This document shows positions 53,544 through 64,000 of a DNA stretch of 64,000 nucleotides, piece after piece; the stretch's first letter is position 1; each line of letters begins with the position of its first letter. The notes below the pieces were generated by a model. It searched no databases, was not told where the DNA came from, and saw only the letters and a list, made by a program, of their open reading frames with translations. Made by a program: the position numbers and the translations under genes. Source of the stretch: Mizuhopecten yessoensis (lineage: Eukaryota); assembly GCF_002113885.1 (NCBI RefSeq), contig NW_018403833.1, positions 837,889 through 901,888 of the forward strand. Direction: 5' to 3'.

Positions 53544-54382
53544 AGAGAAGTATCAATCAGAACATGCTCAAGCACCAATACTAATACCAACTTTTCCAAT
53601 GACACCAGTGTATGTTGTGACAGATTCTCCCCTATATGAATTACATTGACATATGGCATGAACATTGAAAACAAGCTGTTCAGCCACTGTGTGAAAAGGT
53701 ACCATAGGATTTTTTACTGCAACATTTCAATATTGACAGATCAGCAATACACATTTTACTCTCAGACCATCTGTCTTATAGGACAAAAATGAAGTACCTC
53801 TAGTACCTTATATAGCACTCGGGATCCAACGACACTGGGGTGATTGTGCTCTCAATAGAATTATTATAGTTCAGACTTCTCTTTACTTCAGCTTCAAACC
53901 TGTTAGCACAGATCTCATATTTTGACAGAAGGTATTAGAAACCTTTAAATAATGTCTGGTTTCCATGGAAACGGTGATGCAAACAAACAGTGTCTCAGTT
54001 CAGGTGCCCTTTTGATAAAATCCAATCAGATTTAACGAGGATACCTGGCACATGTATCCAATGATATCGGAGGCCTTACCTACAGATTCCCTAGCACTGC
54101 GGTTATTTATCAGACTGTCAGTACCGAGGTATACTGTCCAATAATTCCATTAATGGACATTGTCCTTTGGGAAGATATCTGTAAACGTACAAATCTGCAA
54201 AGGAAGATGATTGACGCTGAAATTGATTAACCATTGAATGTGGTTTAATGCTTATAATTTAATCCTTAACGGTCCAAATCTTATAACCAATTCATCTGCA
54301 TTATCTGTATTTTCTCTCTTAGATGACCCAGTAAAAACCTCTGCCCTTGTAATTAATGAATGCAAGTGTTTTAAATTCATGC

Positions 54383-55140
54383 TTAGTAACCCATCCCTGG
54401 TCCAGTTATTTAATGACCCATCCCTGGTCCCAGTTACCTAGTTACCCATTCCTGGTCCCAATTACTTAGTAACCCATCCCTGGCCCCAGTTATTTAGTAA
54501 CCCATCCCTGGTCCAAGTTACTTAGCAAGCCATTCCTGGTCCCAGGTACTTAGTAACGAATCCCTGGTCCAAGTTACCTAGTAACCCATTCCTGGTCCCA
54601 GTTTCTTAGTAACGCATCCCTGGACCCAGTTATTTAATGACCCATCTCTTGTCCCAGTTACTTAGTAACCCATCCCTTGATCCAATTACTTAATAACCCA
54701 TCCCTGGTCCCAGTTACGTAGTAACCCATCCCTGGTCCCTGTTATTTAGTAACCCATCCCTGGACTTTTGTTACTTAGTAACCCATCCCTGGACCCATGT
54801 TACTTAGTTATCCATCCCTGGTCACAGTTATTTAGTAACCCATCCCTTGACCCATGCTACTTAGTAACCCATCCCTGGTCTCAGTTATTTAGTTACCCAT
54901 TCCTGGACCCATGTTACTTAGTAACCCATCCCTGGTCCCAGTTACTAAGTAACTCATCCTTGGACCAAGTAACTTAATAACGCATCCCTGGTTCAAGTTA
55001 CTGATAAACAATCCCTGGTACCAGTTTCTTAATAGTCCATCCCTGATCCCAGATACTTAGTAGCCCATCCCTGGTCAAAGTACTAAGTAACCCATCCCTG
55101 GTCCAAGTTACTTAGTAGCCAATCCCTGGTATTAGTTACT
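54383..55140 (+). repeat. 28-bp minisatellite A, about 27 copies
   Basis: Consensus gttacttagtaacccatccctggtccca. Confidence 0.95.
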
Positions 55141-55820
55141 TGCAGTTGACCGAGTTGGCTTGCTAACTTGCAGTTGACCCATATGGCTTGGCAGCTTGCA
55201 GTTAACCCAGGTGTAATGCTAACTTACAGTTGACCCAGGTGTCTTGCTAACTTGCAGTTGACCCACATAGCTTGCTAACTTGCAGTTGACCCAGGTGTCT
55301 TGCTAACTTGCAGTTCACCCACATAGCTTGCTAACTTGCAGTTGACCTAGGGGTCTTGCTAACTTCCAGTTGACCCAGATGGCTTGCTAACTTGCAGTTG
55401 ACCCAGGTGTCTTGCTAGATTGCAATTGACCCAGGTTGCTTGCTAACTTGCAGTTGACCCATGTGGTTTTCTATCTTACAGTTGACCCAGGTGACTTGCT
55501 AACTTGCAGTTGACCTATGTGTCTTGCTTACTTGCAGTTGACTCAGGTGGGTTATTAGTATTTTAGCTTGGAGTTGACCCAGGTGGCTTGCTTAGTTGCA
55601 GTTGACCCAGATGGTTTGCTATCTTGCAGTTGACCAAGGTGGTTTGCTAGCTATAGCTTGCAGTTGAACCAGGTAGCTTGCTTAGTTGCAGTTGACCCAG
55701 GTTACTTGCTAGTTATAGCTTGCAGTTGAACCAGGTAGCTTGCTTAGTTGCAGTTTACCCAGGTAGCTTGCTTAGATGCAGTTGACCCAGGTGTCTTGCT
55801 AACTTGCAGTTGACCCAGGA
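55135..55820 (+). repeat. 28-bp minisatellite B, about 24 copies
   Basis: Consensus ttgctaacttgcagttgacccaggtgtc. Confidence 0.95.
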
Positions 55821-57277
55821 ACCTTGCTCACTTGGTGTTGACTCGTACATGGCAGAGTAACAGCAAGCGAACTCATACAAAATTCTACCATCAGTTCTTT
55901 TCACATGATGCAACAAATTAACAAACAGAGAGACAACAAAGTGGTTTATATCCAATTGTTTCTAAACTCGCTAAAAGTTTTTTTGTAAAATATTTTGCCC
56001 TCAAATGAAGGCTGAGAGAACTTGAGGAGTCAACGTCACCGATCTCCATGAATCAGTGACTGGAAAATAAATCACAGGAATCTTAAGTTAGCTTGTCTCT
56101 CTTGACCTGAAATTGAACAATTATTTGTTTAGTGAAATGTATGAGATCGCTTAGTGTTTTGTCTGAGGGGGAAGTGACTCAATCACTGACCCAGTGTACA
56201 GGCTGACAACTTTAGACTGATGTATTTCTCTTCACAATTCTTCTTAATTAAAGTCGAAGGAATTAAATGAAAAATTCTCAATCTATTTCACAAACTTAAA
56301 CACACACATCTTCATTTCATGCATTACAATAAAACAGCTTTTATTAACTTTTTCATTGCGAAGAGCAAATTTATCTTTATTTTATTGTATTTTTTTCCCT
56401 TTTTTCGATTACAATGTGAAGCAAGTTTTCATCGGATTCATTAGTCGCGGAAAAGACAAAGACAATAATAGCTGTGACAAAGACAGTTACACACGGTGAT
56501 TAGAACAACCATTGCACAGTGTTAAAATCAGATTTATAAATGTTCCAATGCGCCATTTAACTGAAGTAAGCTTTCAGCATTGAAAATTAGTATGTTCCGG
56601 AGCCCACATGAGGATGATATAACATGATAGCTTGCCTTAATTAAACTAGGTACAAGGTGACTATGTAAAACAAACACAGGCTTTATAGACGGAAACAATC
56701 CGTTCTCAAGGATTCCGACATTTTAGTTGATCAATCCTGTGTGAATACAGGCAACTACATCTGTAATATTGCATTAAATTTAACAAAAGGAACTGATGAC
56801 ATCGTGGAAGGGGTTAATTAAATTTATATAAATTCTCAAGGCCAACAAGAAATTCAAGGACATTTCAAGGTTAGTGATGACTAGAGTCAAGTGTTTAATT
56901 GTTTCTAGTGAAACGGAAAGAAATGTGACAAGACAAGGAAAATTAGAAATTTAGAAATAAAAAGTTCTGGAAAATGTCTTCGTAGTCCATAACTTCTATA
57001 GCTCCTATTGTAGCCCTGAGTTTTTTCTCTGCCCTTTTTGGAACAAACTTCAGTCACATTCCACAGTTTTTCCACTTTGATTAAAAAGAAATTACAATTG
57101 AAAATAGCTGCTGCACTATAGAGCTGGTATAATCTACACAATTGTTTACTATTTATAAAGTAACTGTCAGTATAAAAGTTAGAGTATGCATGAATCACAG
57201 CTCTTCAAGCACCTAAATGAAATTTGTATTTTGTCTTTGTTTTTAAAACTTTGCCATGGAAGATTAAATATAGATAT

Positions 57278-58963
57278 TGGACCCTACCTAAATACAGATG
57301 GGACCTTACCTTAATACAGATGGGACCTGGGACAAAATTGAGATGGGACCTGGGATTAAATAGAAGTGGAACCTGGGACCAAATAGAGATGGGACTTTAA
57401 CCTAATACAGATGATCGAGACCTAGGACTAAATAGAAATGGGACCTGGAACAAAATAGAAATGGAATTTAGAACTAAAAACAGATGGGACCTGGGACAAA
57501 AAAGAAATGGGACCTGGGACAAAAAAGAGATAGGACTGGGACAAAATAGAGATGGAACCTGGGAAATTGAGATGGGACCTGGAACAAAATAGTGATGGGA
57601 CCTGGGACTAAATAGAAATGGGAGCTTCGACTAAATCGAGATCGAACCTAGGACTAAATAGAGATGGGACCTGGGGCAAAATAGAGATGGGACCTGGGAC
57701 TTAATTGAAATGGGACCTGAGACTAAATAGAGATGGGACCTGGGACTAAATAGAGATAGGACCTAGGACTAAATATCAATTGGATCTGGGACTAAATAGA
57801 GATGGGACCTGGGACTCAATTGAGATGGGACCTGGGACAAAATAGAAATGGAACCTAGAACTAAATACAGATGGCACAAAATAGAGATGGGACCTGGGAC
57901 AAAATAGAGATGAGACCTGGGACATAATTGAGATGGGACCTGGGACTAATCAGATATATGGGACTTGGACTAAACAGAAATGGAACATGGGACTTAATTG
58001 AGATGGGACCTCTGACAAAATAGAGATGGGACTTGAACCTAATACAGATGGGACCTAGGACTAAATAGAAAAGGGACCTAGAATTAAATACAGATGGGAC
58101 CTGGGACAAAAAGAAATGGGACCTGGGACAAAATAGAGATGGGACCTGTGACTTAATTGAGATGGGACCTAGGACTAAATAGAAATGGGACCTAAGACTA
58201 AATAGAAATGGAACCTGGGACTAAATAGATATATGGGAATTGGAACTAAATAGAGATAGGACCTAGGACTAATAGAAATGGGACCTTGGACTAAATTGAG
58301 ATGGGACCTGGGACTAAATTGATATGGGACCTGGGACTAAATAGATATATGGGACTTGGTACTAAATGGAGATAGGACCTGGGACAAAATAGAAATGGAA
58401 CCTTGGACTAAATTGAGATGGGACCTGGGACTAAATTGAGATGGGACCTGGGACTAAATTGATATGGGACTTAGGACTTAATAGAAATGGAACCTGGGAC
58501 TAAATAGATATATGGGACTTGGAACTAAATGGAGATGAGACCTGGGACTAAATTGAGATGGGACCTGGGACTAAATAGGTATATGGGACTTGGAACTAAA
58601 TGGAGATAGGACCTGGGACAAAATAGAAATGGAACCTTGGACTAAATAGAGATAGGACCTGGGACAAAATAGAAATGGGACCTTGGACTAAATTGAGATG
58701 GGACCTGGGACTAAATAGAGATAGGACCTAGGACTTAGTAGAAATGGGACCTTGGACTAAATTGAGATGGGACCTGGGACTAAATTGAGATGGGACTTAG
58801 GACTTAATAGAAATGGAACCTGGGACTAAATAGATATATGGGACCTGGGACTAAATACAGATGGGACCTGGGACTAAATTGAGATGGGACCTGGGACAAA
58901 ATAGAGATGGGACCCGGGACTAAATACAGATGGGACCTGGGATTAATTGAGATGGGTCCTGGC
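57278..58963 (+). repeat. 23-bp purine-rich minisatellite, about 73 copies
   Basis: Consensus gggacctgggactaaatagagat. Confidence 0.97.
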
Positions 58964-60021
58964 TCTAAAAATATTGTCATGTTAGATGTCTGTTAACTTT
59001 GTTTTGAAACCTCAACCCTTTAAAAACAATCCCAGCTTTGCCGTTGAATTTGTAGGTGTGATGGATTTCATTAAAAGGGTGAAGTTGCAGTTTAATAGAA
59101 AGGATATAATTTCAATTTAAGTTTTACTGCTGAATTATAATCACAAGATCTTATCTGATGTTAAGTACAATAAAACATCAAATTTACAATGTGACAGAGA
59201 TTTATATAACACTGATACATGTGAGAAATGAAATCTCCAAAAGGTGCATGATAACATTTTTTGTTTCTCTGAATACGGTTTAAAAAGGCATATTAAAATC
59301 CATTTCTCGTTTTACTGATAACAGGTACAATTGTTTGTGTTAGAAAAGATATGTTGTTTGTCCGTATCCAATTGTCTAGAAAAGATGATAAAGCAAAGGT
59401 GAAATCTTCAGTGAAGATCTATTGCAGGATACAGGTGCAATTCGACACAGATTGGAGTAATTTTTCTGAACTTTAGTGTAAATTGAACCTGCTCTTTGAA
59501 TCATAGATATCCAATTTATATATGTACAGGTGTTTTATTGTTACTTGATCACCTGTATATTATTGCGTACACACAGGTAAAACATGCTACGAAATCAAAT
59601 ACACACTGACTGTGCATAAATCCGAACATTGTTATAATTTATACTGAATAATCATACCGGAAAAAAATTCTAAATATTTATGTAAATTGTATCTTAAAGA
59701 TAAAGCCTGTACTTTATATAACAGATGTTGCATTGTCTAGTTATTTGAACTTATTGAAAAAATGTCTGGAAATTCAATCTAGTGTTTTAGATATATTGTA
59801 CCTGTATGTATGAAATGTCATTTATATGTAGGTCGGCTTTGTTTGGGACTACAGATCTAGATTTGCTTATATCTTTGAAGTCATTGTGTTTGGCACTATC
59901 TGCAGGCTTGTGGTGCTACAAATGTATGTACCTGTATATATATATATATATATATCAGCTCGTAGAGAATACCTGTAGATCTAGAGTATGTACCTGTATC
60001 TCAGAGTCTACCTATACACAG

Positions 60022-60267
60022 GCTGATTGAAGAGCTCTGGTCTGTTCACCAACCAGCTCACCTTCGCTATTGACATAGATCTCTCAGTCAAGGTCGACTA
60101 CCACTACGCTTGGCCATTGTTAACACCAGGTGGCAGTGTTAGTCACTCGGGCTCGAGGATCAACACACATGTGAGTTTAGACCATTGCTACTTCTCTGTA
60201 CAGTCGTCATCTCATTGGGAAATAACAAAACTGTGCTGAAATCAGGGATATATATGTCCTGTGCAAG
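60022..60267 (+). other. Candidate 5' (UTR/start-codon) exon
   Basis: Apparently unique, GC-richer segment after an (AT)n run, ending ATG TCC TGT GCA AG|gtaaga. The start coordinate is uncertain. Confidence 0.25.
60120..60138 (+). promoter_or_regulatory. Single CTCF-like motif
   Basis: ttaacaccaggtggcagtg versus the consensus tggCCACCAGGKGGCRSTR. Confidence 0.35.
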
Positions 60268-63200
60268 GTAAGAATTTACCTGTTAGCCGTTGTTAACGAG
60301 AGAATGGGCATGTGTGCGGTGGTAGGTGTGTGTGTGTTAGGGCAGTGTTAAAGAGACACACAGGTAGATTGTATATATCAGTACTGAGCTGCTGATCACA
60401 TGGTTCCAAACTTGTCAACTCTAAATATATAATACAAAACTATGTAAGATATAACTTAGATCTGAGGTGTGCTTTTCTTAAAATAGATCGAAATATTCAT
60501 TGTACAACTGTTGTCATTCCTGTTAAGATAATTCCTCCCACTCTGATACAAACATGTTGTTTATAATTTAATAATTTAAGGAGATAATACAGTTTTTATC
60601 CAGTGAATTTAAATTAGGATTTGGGTTGAAATATTATGCTACATATATAAGATGCTTGCACTATATAGCCAAGACTGAGACGTGAGGTACATACAGACGG
60701 TTGGCTGTGACATACATATACCTCTTAGTATCACTATCATTCATGTTGCGCTCTGATAAAACCCTTTGAAGGTTTGCAGTATCTGTGATAGGCCTGTACT
60801 TAGACTAGGAACGATGGACCCTGGAACAATATCCTTCAGCTCTGTTTGTGCTGACGGACCTTTGGTAGAGATATTACATACTTAAGTTTTGTTCATCCTG
60901 ATGGGTATTCTGTACAGTAACTAGGTATCCTTCAACTTTGTTCATTTTGATGGACCTTTTGAAAACTATTCTTTAGTTCTCTTAATCAAGAGGGGTATTT
61001 TGTAGTATGGAAATTACCCCCTTCAGTTCTGTTCACTTTGATACAGATATGATGTCCATCTGTCCATCAAAATATTTTGTACAATAAGATCAATCTATCT
61101 GCTTCAATTGTTCATTTTCATAGACCCATGATGAAAAAATAATAATATCATTATACTGTAGTTTTGTGAATGATATCTGCATATTAGTGAATTATTGTAT
61201 AAGAGTCCCTCTGTACTTTCTGATTACACACATTGAAATATTACATGTATAATATAATGATGCTCAGCATGTATTTAGATGTACATGCTGAAGGTGTTGC
61301 TGGCGACTTAATTACTGAAGTATGTAGCTAATAGTATTTGTAGGACATGTGGCGTGGCTGACTTTGTAGAACACATACGTGAGCTGGTGGCTTACTAAAG
61401 TAGAACACTTACCTGAGTTTGTGACTTAGTAAACTTATCTTATAACTAGGATAAATACACCGAATGATCTTATATGAGATGTACATGACACACTTTCAGC
61501 ACAGGTAGAGGATTGACAAAAGTTTATTCATTATACCTGTAGTAAAAAAAACAGGAGGAATGAAATGAAGTGTCAGCTGTATATAGTATTATCTATGATA
61601 AAATACAACCACTCATGACAGTAATTATATATATATATAGCACGACCTGACGGAGACATACGTCTACCCTACTTGTACCCTCACAAAAACATTAAAGCCC
61701 AGCTCTATGAACAGGGAGCAGGTTGTGTAAAAACATTATTCATGAGGCTCTGTAGTAAAAAAAAATATGGGTTTCCTTCTCAGACCGATGCATCCTGAAA
61801 ATGTTAGCCATAAAAAATGATCGAGACTGTCTTTTGACTGGTGTGAAGTAAGCAGATGTTTTCTGACTACTCTTACTACAGGTAATGAGAGGAGCAAGCT
61901 AGTGTGCCAGTTTATATATGTCTAGATATCTTATTGTGTAATTTTGTTGTTGGATATAACTTGTCATCAAATAATATTTTGTAATTATAATTGAGCAATG
62001 AAGTAGAATCGTGATTTGAACTTATTCTTAGTTTTTCATTTCACATCATGAAATTTAACAGGCTTTTTATGACCTCAGAATTTTCAGACCATGTAAATTC
62101 ACATCAGACGGATCAACGAATTGCTTTATTTTTCCGGTAGAAAACCTGTATCGGTGATAGAATGATTGAATCAGTAGATGTTTTATAATGATTTTTGATG
62201 ATCTTGGTCCGTCCTTTGTAGGTTAAGCTGTATGCGTGAGCTATGAGTATGTGAACGATTAGGCTTCAGGAAATACTGAACATTTAATTATAAAGAAACT
62301 AGCTAAAAAATTCAATGATTACTTTTAACCAAGTTTGGAAAAGCAAACATGAAGAAAATTAGATTTACTGAAAGTTAAAATAACAAACTCATATCACTAA
62401 TTGTAGCTCGGAAGGGGGAAAAGCAGGAAAATTAAAAATGCAGAAATAGTAGAGAGATGTAATTTTTAAAGAAAATTATGTAGAAGCTAGTAACCGGGGG
62501 AAAGTGGAGATAAGGTAAGATGTACTTTACATTAAAAAAGTCAATCCTCAATAATGCTCCACAAAGGAGCTTAGAAAATCCCTTCATGTCTGAATCAGCA
62601 GTTTATAGCCTATTCTTTTGTCACACCAGGAACTTCTATTTCTGAACACGATTACGTCTTAAGCTTTTTCTCAAAAAAGTTATTTCTTCTATAAATATTT
62701 TTCAATTAAATGTACAACTGTTTTACCTGGTAAAGGATCCTGTTTAAGTTTTAAATAATATACATGTAGTTTCAGTTTGTTGCGAAGATAAGGATAAAAA
62801 AAAAAAAATGCAATTAATTAAAAATTCCGAAATGTCCTTAGAAATGAAAAGGGTCATGTCTGGCCTGAGATCCAGAAGAAAAAGTTTTGTCTACAAACAC
62901 ATGTATGTTGTGGTCAAAACTGACCATTTCCTACTGGACCAGACCTGGTTACAGAGATCTCCACCCAAAGTTTGGGTCAGAACTGAGGACTCTATCCATT
63001 GTGGTTATATTTAAGGTCATGAGGACCGGACAACACCCCCTTTTGTCCAATGGTCATTCATTGGTCATCTATCTGATCAAGTGACCTCAGGGCTGAATTT
63101 GGCCATTTTATGGACAGTCCCAGCGGGTTGTCAAACTAATTAGGAGTTTAAAGTAATAGTCTGGCCATTATAGGGGAACTGGACGATTACCAAAAAAAAC

Positions 63201-63914
63201 CTGTTCAATTGCTGTGTCACTGCTCAGTCCTTGATATTGACCCCGAACTATATACATCATCCTCGTTTATAATACAGATTATAATGCTTGTGTCATTTCT
63301 AGAAAAAAATGTCTAATGATCAGGCTCAGGTGTTCCATGTATGATTAGCGTAGCTAGTTCAATGATATAAAATGTGTGTTTTTCGAAAATAATCAAAATT
63401 CAAATTTAAAATACAAAAAAGGTTGTTTGTGTAAAAAATTAAAACTTTGATATTACATATTTACGTACTGATGAATCTTATTGAATACATGTATAAGGAT
63501 TCAAAATTGTCTGATATTTTTTTCAAAAATTACCAGCAACATTCAAATGTTAATCCCCCATTAAACTAGGCTAAGCTGCTTTTCAATAACAGGCCCCAGA
63601 AGAGGTTCTGGCTAAGTTTTCGCCTTTTTCAAGTTTGTACTTTAGACCTTGCCATCTGAGGTTTGTTCCTCATTCTCTTCACCCGTCAATGAGTTGCATG
63701 TTGTGTTCGTTTAGATCTTGATGTGTCAGAGGGACATTTACCTACTTTTGAAACAAGTGAACAAAGGTTTTGACAAACAGACTTTAATACACTGGGGCAC
63801 TGAAGTCATTTCCCTGTAACACACCTGATTACTCTTCACCTGTAAGTAGGTCACACAGTTAGATATATTTAGTCACCACCAGTTAAGCCCGAACACCATA
63901 AGAAACCTTTTCAG

Positions 63915-63932
63915 ATGGAAATTATTTATCAG
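63915..63932 (+). other. Candidate 18-nt microexon (or 3' end of a longer exon)
   Basis: ccttttcag|atggaaattatttatcag|gtaagt: a perfect consensus donor and a frame-preserving length. Confidence 0.3.
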
Positions 63933-64000
63933 GTAAGTTTTTAAAATTTATTCAAAACTAAAACCGGATAGGTCATATTCCGCTATCTGATGTAATTAAC

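Noticed and set aside
1-64000. Conserved bilaterian microRNAs
   Set aside because: I looked by eye for several well-known mature sequences and found only seed-length matches (for example tggcagtg at 37470 and 60131). An Infernal/Rfam scan would be needed to exclude ncRNAs.

Overview
AT-rich eukaryotic, mostly non-coding DNA. The repeat families (tRNA-headed V- and CORE-type SINEs, a Pearl/HINE-type Helentron derivative, many MITEs) suggest a bivalve mollusc; this is an inference, not a database result. I see no intact protein-coding gene, RNA gene or CRISPR array. All long ORFs are read-through of stop-free minisatellites. About one third of the window is tandem repeat: more than 15 mostly unrelated arrays with 14-46 bp units, plus 137, 146 and 176 bp units, several with higher-order structure. 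The rest holds MITEs, SINEs and three very decayed coding relics (SWIM/YqaJ transposon ORF, DIRS-type RT, Penelope-type RT). There are a few weak + strand exon candidates, so the window may lie in large introns of one gene. The most interesting items are: (i) a 1.25-kb array of about 29 co-oriented CTCF-like motifs directly abutting a MITE end; (ii) repeated evidence that minisatellites here are seeded from transposon terminal inverted repeats; (iii) a 4-variant 24-bp array forming a 168-bp higher-order repeat. I could not establish a new protein-based system. Copy numbers are span divided by unit length and are approximate.
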